64,000 nucleotides of DNA from Candidatus Harrisonbacteria bacterium (GCA_016192685.1 JACPTS010000003.1:15119-79118), one strand, 5' to 3'. Counted from the first letter of the stretch, positions 1 through 9,199 are shown. Translations and numbers: made by a program. The notes: a model not told the origin generated them from the sequence alone.

Positions 1-2
1 AT

Positions 3-152
3 GTCGGGACTGCTTCGGTATTGGTAAATGTAGTTGGCAAACCGGCGGGGATTTCCGCGGAACTTTGGGCGAATGTCGGCGCAGTATCCGCGGTCTTTAT
101 TTCTTTATTTATAAATTTTCTCGGGATGAAATTTATTGTTTTTAAAAGATGA
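3..152 (+). CDS. 3' end of a membrane-protein gene that starts upstream of the window (partial)
   Basis: Frame 3 is open from the window edge to TGA at 150-152. The tail is hydrophobic (VGTASVLVNVVGKPAGISAELWANVGAVSAVFISLFINFLGMKFIVFKR). There is no start codon in the window, so it is absent from the ORF track. Confidence 0.25.
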   Translation, partial: VGTASVLVNVVGKPAGISAELWANVGAVSAVFISLFINFLGMKFIVFKR

Positions 153-163
153 ATATGTTATAA

Positions 164-352
164 ATGGTACAACCGTTTGGAAATGAAGTTATGCGACTGG
201 AAGAAAAAATAGAGTTAGGAATGAAAATATTTGTCTGTGTTCTGATTTTGGTTCTTCTCTCCATACCGCTAATAGCCTTGCATAATCAAATAGTGGATTT
301 TCTTGCGGATCTCACCGTAAAAATCACTAAGTATTTATTTAGTGTAAAATAA
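164..352 (+). CDS. small hypothetical membrane protein (62 aa)
   Basis: ORF with a central hydrophobic segment, immediately followed by a GC hairpin and T-tract. Confidence 0.3.
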   Translation: MVQPFGNEVMRLEEKIELGMKIFVCVLILVLLSIPLIALHNQIVDFLADLTVKITKYLFSVK

Positions 353-371
353 GCGCCTCGGGGCGCTTTTT
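353..371 (+). terminator. intrinsic terminator (GCGCC-tcgg-GGCGC + TTTTT)
   Basis: Perfect 5-bp GC stem with a tetraloop and a T-run, seen directly in the sequence. Confidence 0.55.
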
Positions 372-387
372 ATGTTAATATAAAATA

Positions 388-1434
388 GTGGATTGGATTT
401 TAATACTTTTATTATTAGTAGTTATTGGCGGTTTTGCCGCTTTATTTTTAGTTTTAAAAAATCAAAAATCCGAACCTCAAAAAGATGATCGAGAAGCGTT
501 TTTAATGCTTCAGGATCAAATTCATAAAATTACTCAGACTTTGGATATAAAGTTGGGAGAGAGTTCTAAAGTTACCCAGCATCAATTTAGTGAAAGCAGT
601 CGATTAATTAAAGAAATTACACAAGAACTTACTCGGGTTAGTGAGGGTCAAAAGCAAGTTATGAGTATCACTGATCAGCTTCAAAATTTGCAGGATATTT
701 TAAAAAATCCGAAACAGCGCGGAGTGTTAGGAGAATACTATCTTGAAACTGCGTTGAAAAATTTTCTAGGACCAGGACTTTATCAAACTCAATATCCTTT
801 TCGTGAGGGTGTAATTGTTGACGCAGTTATTTTTTATCAAGAAAAAATAATTCCGATTGATTCTAAATTTAGTTTGGAAAATTATAATCGTATTTTAGAA
901 GTAAAAACTCCAGTAGAAAAAGAAAAATATGAGAAGGCTTTTGTGGCGGATATTAAAAATCGTATCGATGAAACCTCAAAATATGTTAAACCAGAAGAAG
1001 ATACGATGGATTTTGCTATTATGTATATTCCATCAGAAGCAATTTATTATGATTTAATGATTAATAAAGTTGGAGCAATAACCGAAGATACAAATAGTCT
1101 TTTAAATTATGCTCATAAAAAGAGGGTTATGGTTGTCGGACCTACTACTTTTGCAGCATTTCTTCAAACCCTTCTTCAGGGGCTTAAAAATCAGAAGATT
1201 TCTGAGCAAACGAGGGGAATAGTTAAACAAGTAGAAAATTTAAGTAAACATTTAATTTCTTACGATGATTTTATGCAAAGATTAGGAAAAAATTTAAATA
1301 CTGCAACGGGTATGTATAGTAGTGCATATAAAGAATTTAAAAAAATAGATAAAGACGTTTTTAAAATTACCGGAAAAGAAATGGGGATAGAGCCAATGTT
1401 TTTAGAAAAGGCTGACGTTTTAGATGAAGAATAG
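388..1434 (+). CDS. rmuC: DNA recombination protein RmuC-like
   Basis: N-terminal TM helix, long coiled-coil region, and a C-terminal segment (VMVVGPTTFAAFLQTLLQGLKN) typical of the RmuC/DUF195 family. Confidence 0.55.
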   Translation: MDWILILLLLVVIGGFAALFLVLKNQKSEPQKDDREAFLMLQDQIHKITQTLDIKLGESSKVTQHQFSESSRLIKEITQELTRVSEGQKQVMSITDQLQNLQDILKNPKQRGVLGEYYLETALKNFLGPGLYQTQYPFREGVIVDAVIFYQEKIIPIDSKFSLENYNRILEVKTPVEKEKYEKAFVADIKNRIDETSKYVKPEEDTMDFAIMYIPSEAIYYDLMINKVGAITEDTNSLLNYAHKKRVMVVGPTTFAAFLQTLLQGLKNQKISEQTRGIVKQVENLSKHLISYDDFMQRLGKNLNTATGMYSSAYKEFKKIDKDVFKITGKEMGIEPMFLEKADVLDEE

Positions 1435-1439
1435 GATTA

Positions 1440-2117
1440 ATGGATTTATACAATCAAAAATGGCAGAAGTTTTTAGGTCGGATTTGGCCGTTTAATTTTA
1501 TTCCGTTTGTAGAGCTTGTGCTGGCTGCCGGGTCGCTGGCGACCGGTAATATGAACGAAAATTCGGATTTTGATGTGATTATCGGGGTCAGGCAAGGAAG
1601 GATTTTTACGGCCAGATTTTTTTGTTGGCTGACTTTTGGAATGTTCGGTTGGCGCGCAAAACATCCAGCCTATAAGTCCAATGAGTCCTATAAGTCCTAT
1701 AGAAATAAAATCTGTTTTAATCATTTCGTAACTCCAAAAGCTTACCGTTTATCGCCGCCGCATAATGAATATTGGAAAAAACTTTATGAATCTTTGATTC
1801 CAGTTTACGGCAGTCCGGAAGCGATTCAAAAATTTTTTGATGCCAATAGCGATTGGATGGGCAGTCAGCGTATTTATCAGGATAATCCACGGCATAAATA
1901 TAAAAAAAGCGGTTGGATTAAGTGTTTTCGGGAATGGCTGCTTGGCGGAAGGTTCGGCGATTGGGCGGAAAGAAAGTTAAAGGCAATTCAAATAAAAAGA
2001 ATAGAGCGTAATCTTAAAACTCAAATCGGCCACAAGCCAAGAATAATTTTTAATGATAATGAACTAGAGTTCCACCCCGATACTAAAAGAATTGAAAATT
2101 TTTTAAAAGAAGAATAA
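1440..2117 (+). CDS. nucleotidyltransferase-domain protein (Pol-beta-like NTase fold)
   Basis: GS-x9-11-[DE]h[DE] motif (GSLATGNMNENSDFDVII). About 225 aa, similar in size to kanamycin/lincosamide nucleotidyltransferase-like or SMODS-like enzymes. Confidence 0.5.
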   Translation: MDLYNQKWQKFLGRIWPFNFIPFVELVLAAGSLATGNMNENSDFDVIIGVRQGRIFTARFFCWLTFGMFGWRAKHPAYKSNESYKSYRNKICFNHFVTPKAYRLSPPHNEYWKKLYESLIPVYGSPEAIQKFFDANSDWMGSQRIYQDNPRHKYKKSGWIKCFREWLLGGRFGDWAERKLKAIQIKRIERNLKTQIGHKPRIIFNDNELEFHPDTKRIENFLKEE

Positions 2118-2147
2118 GATATAAATATAGAACTTTGAAATTAGGAG

Positions 2148-2837
2148 TTGGCTTTGACTGAATGTCCGATTTGTATCCAATATACCGACCGACCAGCTGA
2201 AATTATTGCCCATCAAGTTTTAGCTTGGATTGCGGAGAAAGAAGAATTTTGGCGGCTGGTCCATGTAACACCAAATAGCACCAGAGATACTAAAGGAAAG
2301 GATTTTTTTATTGTTCCAGAAAAGGGAAGTAGGTTTTGTCTTCCTCTCCAAATTAAATCCATCCGTATTCTGGAAAGCAAAAAATTAAAAATTAAGTTGG
2401 AACGAATGCGTAAAGAACCGGATAAAAACAAACCGCAAAGAATAAAAAGAAATTGGGAAGAAAGGTTTAAAAACCCCGCTAAATTGAAAAAATATTTACG
2501 GCAAGTTATCGCGGATTACGCCAAATTAGATTTAATTGTTAATGACCAAGAGATTAAAAAAGGTTTTGAATCAGCGACACGCCGATTGAATTTGGAACAG
2601 ATTTTAAATGAAGAAGCCGGCGGTCAGGAGATTTATCAAGTGTATGGCGAAATTGAATATTTTATAGATGCCTTTGCCAAAGCTATTCGGCACGCTGAAT
2701 TACACCCAAGCGTTAAGGTGCTTCTATTTGTGGATACCAGCGAAGACTCTGATTTAGAAAAACAAATCCCTGGCTTAAAAGAAATTTGGCTACCGCTAAT
2801 TAAAAAGGCGGTAAATTTAGAAAAAGGTCCTAAATAG
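2148..2837 (+). CDS. hypothetical protein (229 aa), Lys-rich middle region
   Basis: Long ORF in the dense + strand context with no recognisable motif. The terminator hairpin overlaps its stop codon. Confidence 0.45.
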   Translation: MALTECPICIQYTDRPAEIIAHQVLAWIAEKEEFWRLVHVTPNSTRDTKGKDFFIVPEKGSRFCLPLQIKSIRILESKKLKIKLERMRKEPDKNKPQRIKRNWEERFKNPAKLKKYLRQVIADYAKLDLIVNDQEIKKGFESATRRLNLEQILNEEAGGQEIYQVYGEIEYFIDAFAKAIRHAELHPSVKVLLFVDTSEDSDLEKQIPGLKEIWLPLIKKAVNLEKGPK

Positions 2838-2846
2838 GACTTTTTT
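2821..2846 (+). terminator. intrinsic terminator hairpin containing a GTCCTA-AA-TAGGAC inverted repeat
   Basis: aaaaaggtccta-aa-taggactttttt is a near-perfect 11-bp stem with a T-run. The stem carries the GTCCTA/TAGGAC motif that recurs elsewhere in the window. Confidence 0.5.
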
Positions 2847-2849
2847 ATT

Positions 2850-2878
2850 TTGACATTTTTTATCCCCCCGACTATATT
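2850..2878 (+). promoter_or_regulatory. sigma70-type promoter (TTGACA, 17-bp spacer, TATATT) for the clan-CD peptidase gene
   Basis: Consensus -35 TTGACA at 2850-2855, exact 17-bp spacer, -10 TATATT at 2873-2878. Confidence 0.55.
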
Positions 2879-2893
2879 TTTAGAAAACGCACT

Positions 2894-3685
2894 TTGACAG
2901 CTAAAAACGTGAAAGCAATAATTCTTGTTTTTGACCAGCCGGAAAGAAAAATAGGTTCTATGTCAGAATTTTGCTATTGCATCAAGAATAGCTCTGTTTC
3001 AAAAGCTGAAAAACTGCTTGGGTATTTAAAAGACGTCCGTTTGCTGCCGGATGATAATGTTTCTCTTTTAAAGAGCTCTTTTTTTGATAATGCCCGCCAG
3101 CTTTTACAGGAATTGCGGATGCTTGTTCAGCGGCGCAAAGATGAAGATTTGCTGTTTTATTATAATGGCCATGGCCAAAGAGGCGGCTGGAATCTCGGAG
3201 AAAATAAATTGGGCTACGGAGATAAAGTAATTCATTATTCGGAATTGGAGGATATTTTCAAGGATTTTAACGAAAAATTGATTTTTTTCAATGAATGCTG
3301 TTACGGGCTTTCTTTGAATCCATATTTGAGCAAGGCGATTTTGGGCAGGTATCTTTTGCTCAGCGGTTCAAGAAATCGCTGCGTCAGTTTTTGTAATCAA
3401 AGCATTTTAGACGTAACTCTTTCATCGTGGGAACATAGAAAGATTGCCAGGCCGAAAGTTTATTTTACAATGATTAACGATAAAAAAGATTCTTTGCTGG
3501 ACAGTGTAACCCCTACCAGAAATCCTTTGGCGGAAAATGTAGTTTTGCGACCTTGCGTAGCGCGATGCGGCACGGGCTGTTTGGCGGAAGGAATAAATTG
3601 GTCGGTTCAGAAAATTTTTTCCAATCCCAGGCCGTCTTTGCGAAGAGGCAGTGATTTAGATTATCTTATGTATCCGCCAATTTAA
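2894..3685 (+). CDS. clan CD (caspase/legumain-like) cysteine peptidase-domain protein, paralog A
   Basis: Putative catalytic dyad: His in YYNGHGQRGGW, Cys in FFNECCYG, 42 residues apart (caspase/legumain-like spacing). Shares these motifs and the C-terminal RRGsDLDYLmYP motif with the ORF at 7121-7702. The start is ambiguous (TTG 2894, GTG 2912 or ATG 2960). Confidence 0.5.
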   Translation: MTAKNVKAIILVFDQPERKIGSMSEFCYCIKNSSVSKAEKLLGYLKDVRLLPDDNVSLLKSSFFDNARQLLQELRMLVQRRKDEDLLFYYNGHGQRGGWNLGENKLGYGDKVIHYSELEDIFKDFNEKLIFFNECCYGLSLNPYLSKAILGRYLLLSGSRNRCVSFCNQSILDVTLSSWEHRKIARPKVYFTMINDKKDSLLDSVTPTRNPLAENVVLRPCVARCGTGCLAEGINWSVQKIFSNPRPSLRRGSDLDYLMYPPI

Positions 3686-3712
3686 AGCCGCAAGGCTTTT
3701 TTTGTTTGTTAC
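3686..3712 (+). terminator. weak intrinsic terminator (AGCC-gcaa-GGCT + T7)
   Basis: Short stem-loop followed by a TTTTTTT run. Confidence 0.3.
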
Positions 3713-3747
3713 CAAAATTATTGAACAGCGGTTTTAATTTATTAGAT

Positions 3748-3774
3748 TTAGCACTCTTGACGAAAGAGTGACAA
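3748..3774 (+). promoter_or_regulatory. CIRCE-like HrcA operator upstream of groES
   Basis: TTAGCACTC-N9-GAGTGACAA against consensus TTAGCACTC-N9-GAGTGCTAA (2 mismatches, exact 9-bp spacer), about 25 bp before groES. An embedded TTGACG could serve as a -35. Confidence 0.65.
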
Positions 3775-3797
3775 GTCGGGTAAAATAATAGTTAAAT

Positions 3798-4094
3798 TTG
3801 TATATGAATCTTAAACCATTAAACGACCACATCTTCCTGGAACCGCTGGAGGAAGAAAAAATTACTAAATCCGGCATTGTTTTGCCGGAAACAGCGGAAA
3901 AAGAAAAGCCAATTAAAGGCCGGGTGGTCGCCGTTGGCCCCGGAAAATTGGATGAAAAAGGGAAACGGGTGCCGATGTCGGTAAAAGTCGGAGATAAGGT
4001 TTTATTTAAAAAATACGGTCCTGACGAGCTGGAAGTGGACGGCAAAAAATATTTAGTCGGGGAGGAAGGGGATATTTTGGCGATTATTAACTAA
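3798..4094 (+). CDS. groES: co-chaperonin GroES
   Basis: Size 98 aa. Start MNLKPLNDHIFLEPLEEE and a mobile-loop region typical of the family. Immediately upstream of groEL. Confidence 0.95.
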   Translation: MYMNLKPLNDHIFLEPLEEEKITKSGIVLPETAEKEKPIKGRVVAVGPGKLDEKGKRVPMSVKVGDKVLFKKYGPDELEVDGKKYLVGEEGDILAIIN

Positions 4095-4135
4095 TGACAC
4101 ATGACTGACTACAAAAAACAACAAACAACATTTTT

Positions 4136-5773
4136 ATGGCGAAATTAATTAATTTTGACGAAAAAGCGAGGGAATCGCTTAAAAAAGGCATTGATGTTTT
4201 GGCGGCCGCGGTGCGGATGACTTTGGGTCCGCGCGGCCGGGCGGTGGTGATTGAAAGGGGTTATGGCGCGCCGCAGGTCACTTTTGACGGCGTTACCGTG
4301 GCTAAAGAAATTGAATTGGAAAATAAATTTGAAAATTTGGGCGCCGAACTTATTAAACAGGCCGCAGATAAGACTAATGACGCTGTCGGCGACGGCACGA
4401 CTACCGCGGTTGTGCTGGCTCACGCGATGATTGATGAAGGCGAGAATGCCATTAAAGAAAAAGGTTTTAATGTTATTCGGCTTGCCGAAGAATTAAAAAA
4501 AGCCAGTGAGGCAGTGGTAAGAAATTTGGAAAAACAGCGCGAGCCGATTAATGATAATAAAAAAATAGAAGAAGTGGCCACTCTTTCGGCCAAGCATCCG
4601 GAAATAGGAAAATTAATCGCGGAAGTTATGGGGAAAGTCGGCAGGGACGGAGTGGTGACCATTGAGGATTCCAATACTATCGGAAATTCTCATGAATTAG
4701 TGGAAGGAATGCAATTTGATAGGGGTTATATTTCCCCGTATATGGTTACTAACAGCGAGCGGATGGAAGCAGTGCTGGAAAATCCGCAGATTTTGGTTAC
4801 CGACAAGAAAATTTCTTCAATTCAGGAATTATTGCCGCTATTGGAAAAAGTGGTTCAAGGCGGGAAAAAAGAATTGGTTATTATAGCGGATGAAGTGGAA
4901 GGCGAAGCGCTTGCCACTTTGGTGGTAAATAAGCTTAGAGGAATTTTTAGCGTTTTAGCAGTTAAAGCGCCTGGATTTGGCGACAGAAAAAAAGAAATGC
5001 TTCAGGATATTTGCGCGGTAACCGGCGCTCAATTCATTTCCGAAGAAATCGGAAGGAAATTTGATTCGATAACTTTGAATGACTTAGGCCAAGCCCATCG
5101 GGTTGTTTCCAACAAAGACAATACTACGATTGTGGGCGGCAAGGGTGATAAATCGGAAATTGAAAAAAGAGTTGCCCAGCTTAAAAATCAATTAAAGAAA
5201 ACCGATTCGGAATTTGATAAAGAAAAATTGCAGGAACGGCTTGGGAAACTTTCCGGCGGCGTTGCCGTGATTAAAGTTGGCGCGCCGACCGAATCCGCCC
5301 AAAAAGAATTAAAGCAAAGAGTGGAAGACGCGGTGGCTGCAACTCGCGCGGCTATGGAGGAAGGAATTGTTCCGGGCGGCGGCGTTGCGCTCTTTAATGT
5401 TCTGCAGGATTTAAAATCCGGCAAAGAAGAAAATTCTGAAGCTGGAGCGGCAATGGTTATTTTAAGGCGGGCTTTAGAAGCTCCATTAACCGCGATTGTG
5501 GAAAATAGCGGAGAAAATCCGGAAAAAGTTTTGTCGGGATTGCGAAATAAAAAGGAAGTTTGGGTCGGTTTTAACGCCCATTCCAATAAAACCGATGACC
5601 TTAAAAAAGCCGGCATTATTGACCCGCTTAAAGTTACCAAAACCGCGTTTTTGAATGCGGTTTCGGTGGCGGCAACTTATTTGACCATCGGCGCCGCGGT
5701 AACGGATAAACCGGAGCCAAAAACTCCGCCAGCCGGAATGCCGCCAGGAGGAATGGGGATGGGTGAATATTAA
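4136..5773 (+). CDS. groEL: chaperonin GroEL
   Basis: 545 aa with the GPRGR motif, [12 protein letters not shown], and a C-terminal GGM repeat ([11 protein letters not shown]). Confidence 0.97.
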   Translation: MAKLINFDEKARESLKKGIDVLAAAVRMTLGPRGRAVVIERGYGAPQVTFDGVTVAKEIELENKFENLGAELIKQAADKTNDAVGDGTTTAVVLAHAMIDEGENAIKEKGFNVIRLAEELKKASEAVVRNLEKQREPINDNKKIEEVATLSAKHPEIGKLIAEVMGKVGRDGVVTIEDSNTIGNSHELVEGMQFDRGYISPYMVTNSERMEAVLENPQILVTDKKISSIQELLPLLEKVVQGGKKELVIIADEVEGEALATLVVNKLRGIFSVLAVKAPGFGDRKKEMLQDICAVTGAQFISEEIGRKFDSITLNDLGQAHRVVSNKDNTTIVGGKGDKSEIEKRVAQLKNQLKKTDSEFDKEKLQERLGKLSGGVAVIKVGAPTESAQKELKQRVEDAVAATRAAMEEGIVPGGGVALFNVLQDLKSGKEENSEAGAAMVILRRALEAPLTAIVENSGENPEKVLSGLRNKKEVWVGFNAHSNKTDDLKKAGIIDPLKVTKTAFLNAVSVAATYLTIGAAVTDKPEPKTPPAGMPPGGMGMGEY

Positions 5774-5869
5774 GAAGTTAAAAGGTTTTATAAAAAATCC
5801 GCTTTACAACAGGCGAGTTTTGTTTTAATATTAATTTAGCTCAATAATTATTGAATAGGAGATTCATAA

Positions 5870-6304
5870 ATGGTCATTAGTTGGGAAACAGTGCATTGGG
5901 AACTATCTATTTTATTAATATATCTCTTATTCCCGATTGGTGCAGCAGGCGCAGTCTACTCCACAGAAAAATCAGCAGAAAAAAGGAAGAAGGATCTGAA
6001 GTTTTTTAAAAATATAGTAGCCTTATGTCTTGGCTTTATGCTGTTTATATTGAGCATGTTAATCTATCCCGCGATTGGCCCATGGGAAGTTAAAGATCGT
6101 GGAGTATTTGATAATGTTGAATATACGGATACAAGAGTGAAAAAAGTGCCTGTTGGTTGGCGAACACTTCATAAAACAATACTTCATTTTTCTGACGGGC
6201 GTACCGCAGTTCTTCCAGGCGAATATCCAATAGAATTTTCTAAAGGCACACCGATTAAAGTGATGACGAAAAATGATTTTTATAAAATTGTAAAAGATCA
6301 GTAA
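5870..6304 (+). CDS. hypothetical membrane protein (144 aa)
   Basis: Two N-terminal TM helices then a soluble domain, followed by a terminator. Confidence 0.45.
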   Translation: MVISWETVHWELSILLIYLLFPIGAAGAVYSTEKSAEKRKKDLKFFKNIVALCLGFMLFILSMLIYPAIGPWEVKDRGVFDNVEYTDTRVKKVPVGWRTLHKTILHFSDGRTAVLPGEYPIEFSKGTPIKVMTKNDFYKIVKDQ

Positions 6305-6317
6305 TCATTTATTTTCT

Positions 6318-6340
6318 CCGCTTGCCAGCGGGGATTTTTT
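6318..6340 (+). terminator. intrinsic terminator (CCGCT-tgcc-AGCGG + T6)
   Basis: GC stem-loop plus a T-run directly after the stop codon. Confidence 0.55.
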
Positions 6341-6346
6341 ATTTTC

Positions 6347-6382
6347 CTTATACCCCTTATTCGTACGAATAAGGGGTATAAG
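6347..6382. repeat. 36-bp perfect palindrome cttaTACCCCTTATTCGTACGAATAAGGGGTAtaag (copy 1 of 2; 32-bp core identical to 9237-9268)
   Basis: Perfect dyad symmetry centred on GTAC. It sits between a terminator and the dCMP deaminase start. The identical 32-bp core recurs upstream of htpX. Confidence 0.8.
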
Positions 6383-6450
6383 GAATAACTTGTATTCTTA
6401 AATTACAAAGTTTATGCTTTAGAAAGTTCAATAAAAATTAAAAACAGGAT

Positions 6451-7032
6451 ATGCTGGAAAATCCAATTAGAAGACTTTCAAAAATTGAATGTGGCATGTT
6501 TTTGGCTTATGGCCTTGCGTGTCGAGGCACATGTCCGCGAGCCAGAGTTGGATGTCTGCTTATGGATAAGAACGGTTATCATATTGCAACTGGTTATAAC
6601 GGTTCTGCTCCGGGCGCGCCGCACTGCGATGATGTGCAATGCGAGTTGAAAGATGGGCATTGTGTCCGCGTGAAAGCTCATGCGGAAAAAAATGCGCTTA
6701 AGCGGGCAAAGAAATTTGGAGCATACCGCCGGCTTAAGGATGGTTATGCGTTTACGACTATCAGGCCATGCAATAGCAGTCATTGCTTTGATGATTTAGC
6801 AATATCAGGCATCAAGAATATCATTTATTTTGAGGAATACAATGCTAATCTTGTATCCGCGCATCAAGAAAAAGTATGCCAAAAAAAAGGGATTATTTTA
6901 GAAAAATTTAATCTTGATATTGTTGAACTTATACAGAAAACGCTTGATTTTCACCAAGGTCCCGGCGGACTTTTAACTGGAAAAAATAAACTCCGCATCG
7001 TGGAAGATATTCCGGAAATGATGGACCATTAA
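6451..7032 (+). CDS. comEB: dCMP deaminase (cytidine/deoxycytidylate deaminase zinc-binding family)
   Basis: HAEKNAL and PCNSSHC zinc-binding motifs (H-x-E ... PC-x2-4-C). About 190 aa. Confidence 0.8.
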   Translation: MLENPIRRLSKIECGMFLAYGLACRGTCPRARVGCLLMDKNGYHIATGYNGSAPGAPHCDDVQCELKDGHCVRVKAHAEKNALKRAKKFGAYRRLKDGYAFTTIRPCNSSHCFDDLAISGIKNIIYFEEYNANLVSAHQEKVCQKKGIILEKFNLDIVELIQKTLDFHQGPGGLLTGKNKLRIVEDIPEMMDH

Positions 7033-7034
7033 TA

Positions 7035-7058
7035 CCCCAGTTTGACTGGGGATTTTTC
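7035..7058 (+). terminator. intrinsic terminator (CCCCAG-tttga-CTGGGG + T5)
   Basis: Perfect 6-bp GC stem plus a T-run. Confidence 0.6.
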
Positions 7059-7120
7059 TTGCCAGAATTATAAATTCCGGATAAACTGAAATTAGTAATT
7101 TAATATTTTATCATTAGCCA

Positions 7121-7702
7121 ATGCGGCTCCTGATAGTAACGCATTTCAGCGATGAATTTTCCGAAGACACCGCGAAATTTTATGAATATTTTTTAAAAAT
7201 TGTTAAGCTTCCGGAAAACCAAATTAGTTTTTACGCGCTGGAAACTTTTATTCGCGGTCAGAAGATAGAAGATGTTTTCGGGGAATTAGTGGCTAAAGAT
7301 TCTCCGCTGGTTATTTATTATGGCGGACACGGCGCCCGGGACGGCTGGAAATTATCCGGAAAATATACTGCGCTTTATAAAAATATCGTGCCGGTTTTGA
7401 AAGGACAAAAAAAGCCCCTGATTTTTTTAAATGATTGCTGTTTCGGAATGGCATTGCAGGATTATTTGCCGCAATTGAATTGCCGGCATCTGCTTTTGGG
7501 ACTTTGTCCGAAAACTCTGGAGGGTTACGACTCTTTGGTTCCGGCAACTCTCAAATGCTGGAAAGAATCAAAACCGGCTGACCCGAAACAATGGGTATAC
7601 CGCCGGAATAAATTGACTTCCTTTGCTTTGCAAAAATGCGCCGATCGGCTTCGGCGCGGAGAAAATTTAGATTATCTGTGTTATCCAAGACAAACCCGCT
7701 AA
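7121..7702 (+). CDS. clan CD (caspase/legumain-like) cysteine peptidase-domain protein, paralog B
   Basis: YYGGHGARDGW (His) and FLNDCCFG (Cys) with the same spacing as paralog A. Shared C-terminal RRGENLDYLCYP motif. Has its own promoter-like TTGCCA-17-TAAACT and its own terminator. Confidence 0.5.
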   Translation: MRLLIVTHFSDEFSEDTAKFYEYFLKIVKLPENQISFYALETFIRGQKIEDVFGELVAKDSPLVIYYGGHGARDGWKLSGKYTALYKNIVPVLKGQKKPLIFLNDCCFGMALQDYLPQLNCRHLLLGLCPKTLEGYDSLVPATLKCWKESKPADPKQWVYRRNKLTSFALQKCADRLRRGENLDYLCYPRQTR

Positions 7703-7728
7703 AGGCGGGTTTTTCATTGATTTTTATT
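7703..7728 (+). terminator. intrinsic terminator (CCCGCtaaaGGCGGG + T5)
   Basis: Stem-loop overlapping the stop codon, followed by a T-run. Confidence 0.5.
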
Positions 7729-7773
7729 TTTAAAACGTTTATTCTATAAGCAGTTTCTTAAAAGGAGGAAAAT

Positions 7774-8697
7774 ATGGATAATGAAAAATTGCCGGAACAG
7801 ATTCAAAATAAAGAAAAAAAGACGCTCCGCCCAGTAAATCCGGGAGCAGAAAAATGGCTGAATCGTCCGGTTAAGTGCTTAGATCATGGGTTTGTTTATT
7901 TAGTGGATTATTTAGGAGATGATTCGGCTATTGCTCAAGCTGCCCGGGTTTCTTACGGCCAGGGAACTAAGAAAGTTAGCGAGGACAGGGGATTAATCAG
8001 ATATTTGATGAGGCATCGGCACACCACTCCTTTTGAAATGTGTGAGCTGAAATTTCACTGCAAAATGCCGATTTTTGTGGCACGGCAATGGATTCGGCAC
8101 CGGACTGCCAATGTGAATGAATATTCCGGCCGCTATTCGGAAATGTCGGACGAGTTTTATCTTCCAAACTCCGCTGTATTAAGAAAGCAATCACAAGGCA
8201 ATAAGCAGGGTCGGAGCGAAGAAAAATTAACTTCCGAACAGCAAGCGAAAGTGCTCCAGCTATTTAAAGAGGATTATGAGCGCCAATATAAAAATTATCA
8301 GGAGTCTCTTAATTTGGGTTTAACAAGGGAATTGGCTCGCATTGGGCTTTCAGTCGCGAATTATACCCAATGGTATTGGAAAATTGATTTACATAACCTT
8401 TTCCATTTCTTGAATCTTCGGCTGGATAACCATGCGCAGTATGAAATCCGCGTTTACGGCGAGGCAATGGCAAGGATTGTAAAAGACGCCTTCCCGCTGG
8501 CCTATGAAGCTTTTGAAGATTACCGGTTAAATGCAGGGAATTTTTCCGGTCCGGAATTAAAGCTGTTGAGATTGTTGGCTAAACGTTGGCCAATCGATAA
8601 AAGCAGCGCCAGAGAAATAGCCAGCATTAATTTTCGGAATAAAAGAGAAACCGAAGAATTCTTGAAAAAAATTGATATGCTTGGATTATTTGTTTAA
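7774..8697 (+). CDS. thyX: flavin-dependent thymidylate synthase ThyX
   Basis: ThyX signature RHRTANVNEYSGRYS (RHRxxxxxS). 307 aa. RBS AAGGAGG upstream. Confidence 0.9.
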   Translation: MDNEKLPEQIQNKEKKTLRPVNPGAEKWLNRPVKCLDHGFVYLVDYLGDDSAIAQAARVSYGQGTKKVSEDRGLIRYLMRHRHTTPFEMCELKFHCKMPIFVARQWIRHRTANVNEYSGRYSEMSDEFYLPNSAVLRKQSQGNKQGRSEEKLTSEQQAKVLQLFKEDYERQYKNYQESLNLGLTRELARIGLSVANYTQWYWKIDLHNLFHFLNLRLDNHAQYEIRVYGEAMARIVKDAFPLAYEAFEDYRLNAGNFSGPELKLLRLLAKRWPIDKSSAREIASINFRNKRETEEFLKKIDMLGLFV

Positions 8698-8708
8698 GAA
8701 AAATCATA

Positions 8709-8731
8709 CCCGCGCTTGCGCGGGATTTTTT
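8709..8731 (+). terminator. intrinsic terminator (CCCGCGC-ttg-GCGCGGG + T6)
   Basis: Perfect 7-bp GC stem plus a T-run. Confidence 0.6.
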
Positions 8732-8767
8732 ATGGAGTATCATATAATCAGCGCTTTTAAAGAATAA

Positions 8768-9199
8768 TTGGCAATGAAATTAAGAATTGTTGTTTTGGCG
8801 TTAAGCTTATTTGTTCCTTTATCGCATTCTTTCGCTGATGAGCCGATTTCCGTATCCAGTATCCCATTTCAATCAGTTGATTATTGGGACGGATTAAATA
8901 GCCAAGTAGTTTTTGATTCGGTAAAATTACACGAAAAATCTTGGAAGCTTGTTGTGCCGATGGATAAAGTAGAGGTAGTTTTGCTGGAAGAAAAAAATAT
9001 TTATACGACGTTAAATTTAGTAAATGCAAGGGAAGATTACGGCAGTCCCGATTGGCTGAAAGCGGAAAAAGCAATTGTGGTAGTGCGCCAAAAAAGCGAT
9101 TTTATTTTATGGCAAAATTTCCTGGCGAGAATTAAAAAGAGACAAGAGTTGGAAAGAAAGAAATGGCTAGAACCAATCAGGGTTTTGCCTCCAGTGTAG
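8768..9199 (+). CDS. hypothetical secreted protein (143 aa)
   Basis: N-terminal signal peptide MAMKLRIVVLALSLFVPLSHSFA, with a terminator after the stop. Confidence 0.5.
   Translation: MAMKLRIVVLALSLFVPLSHSFADEPISVSSIPFQSVDYWDGLNSQVVFDSVKLHEKSWKLVVPMDKVEVVLLEEKNIYTTLNLVNAREDYGSPDWLKAEKAIVVVRQKSDFILWQNFLARIKKRQELERKKWLEPIRVLPPV

Noticed and set aside
4145-5640. Antisense ORFs inside groEL (4145-4423 -, 4420-4674 -, 5188-5640 -)
   Set aside because: They are embedded opposite a highly conserved gene and have low-complexity Ser/Ala-rich translations. They are typical GC-skew artefacts.
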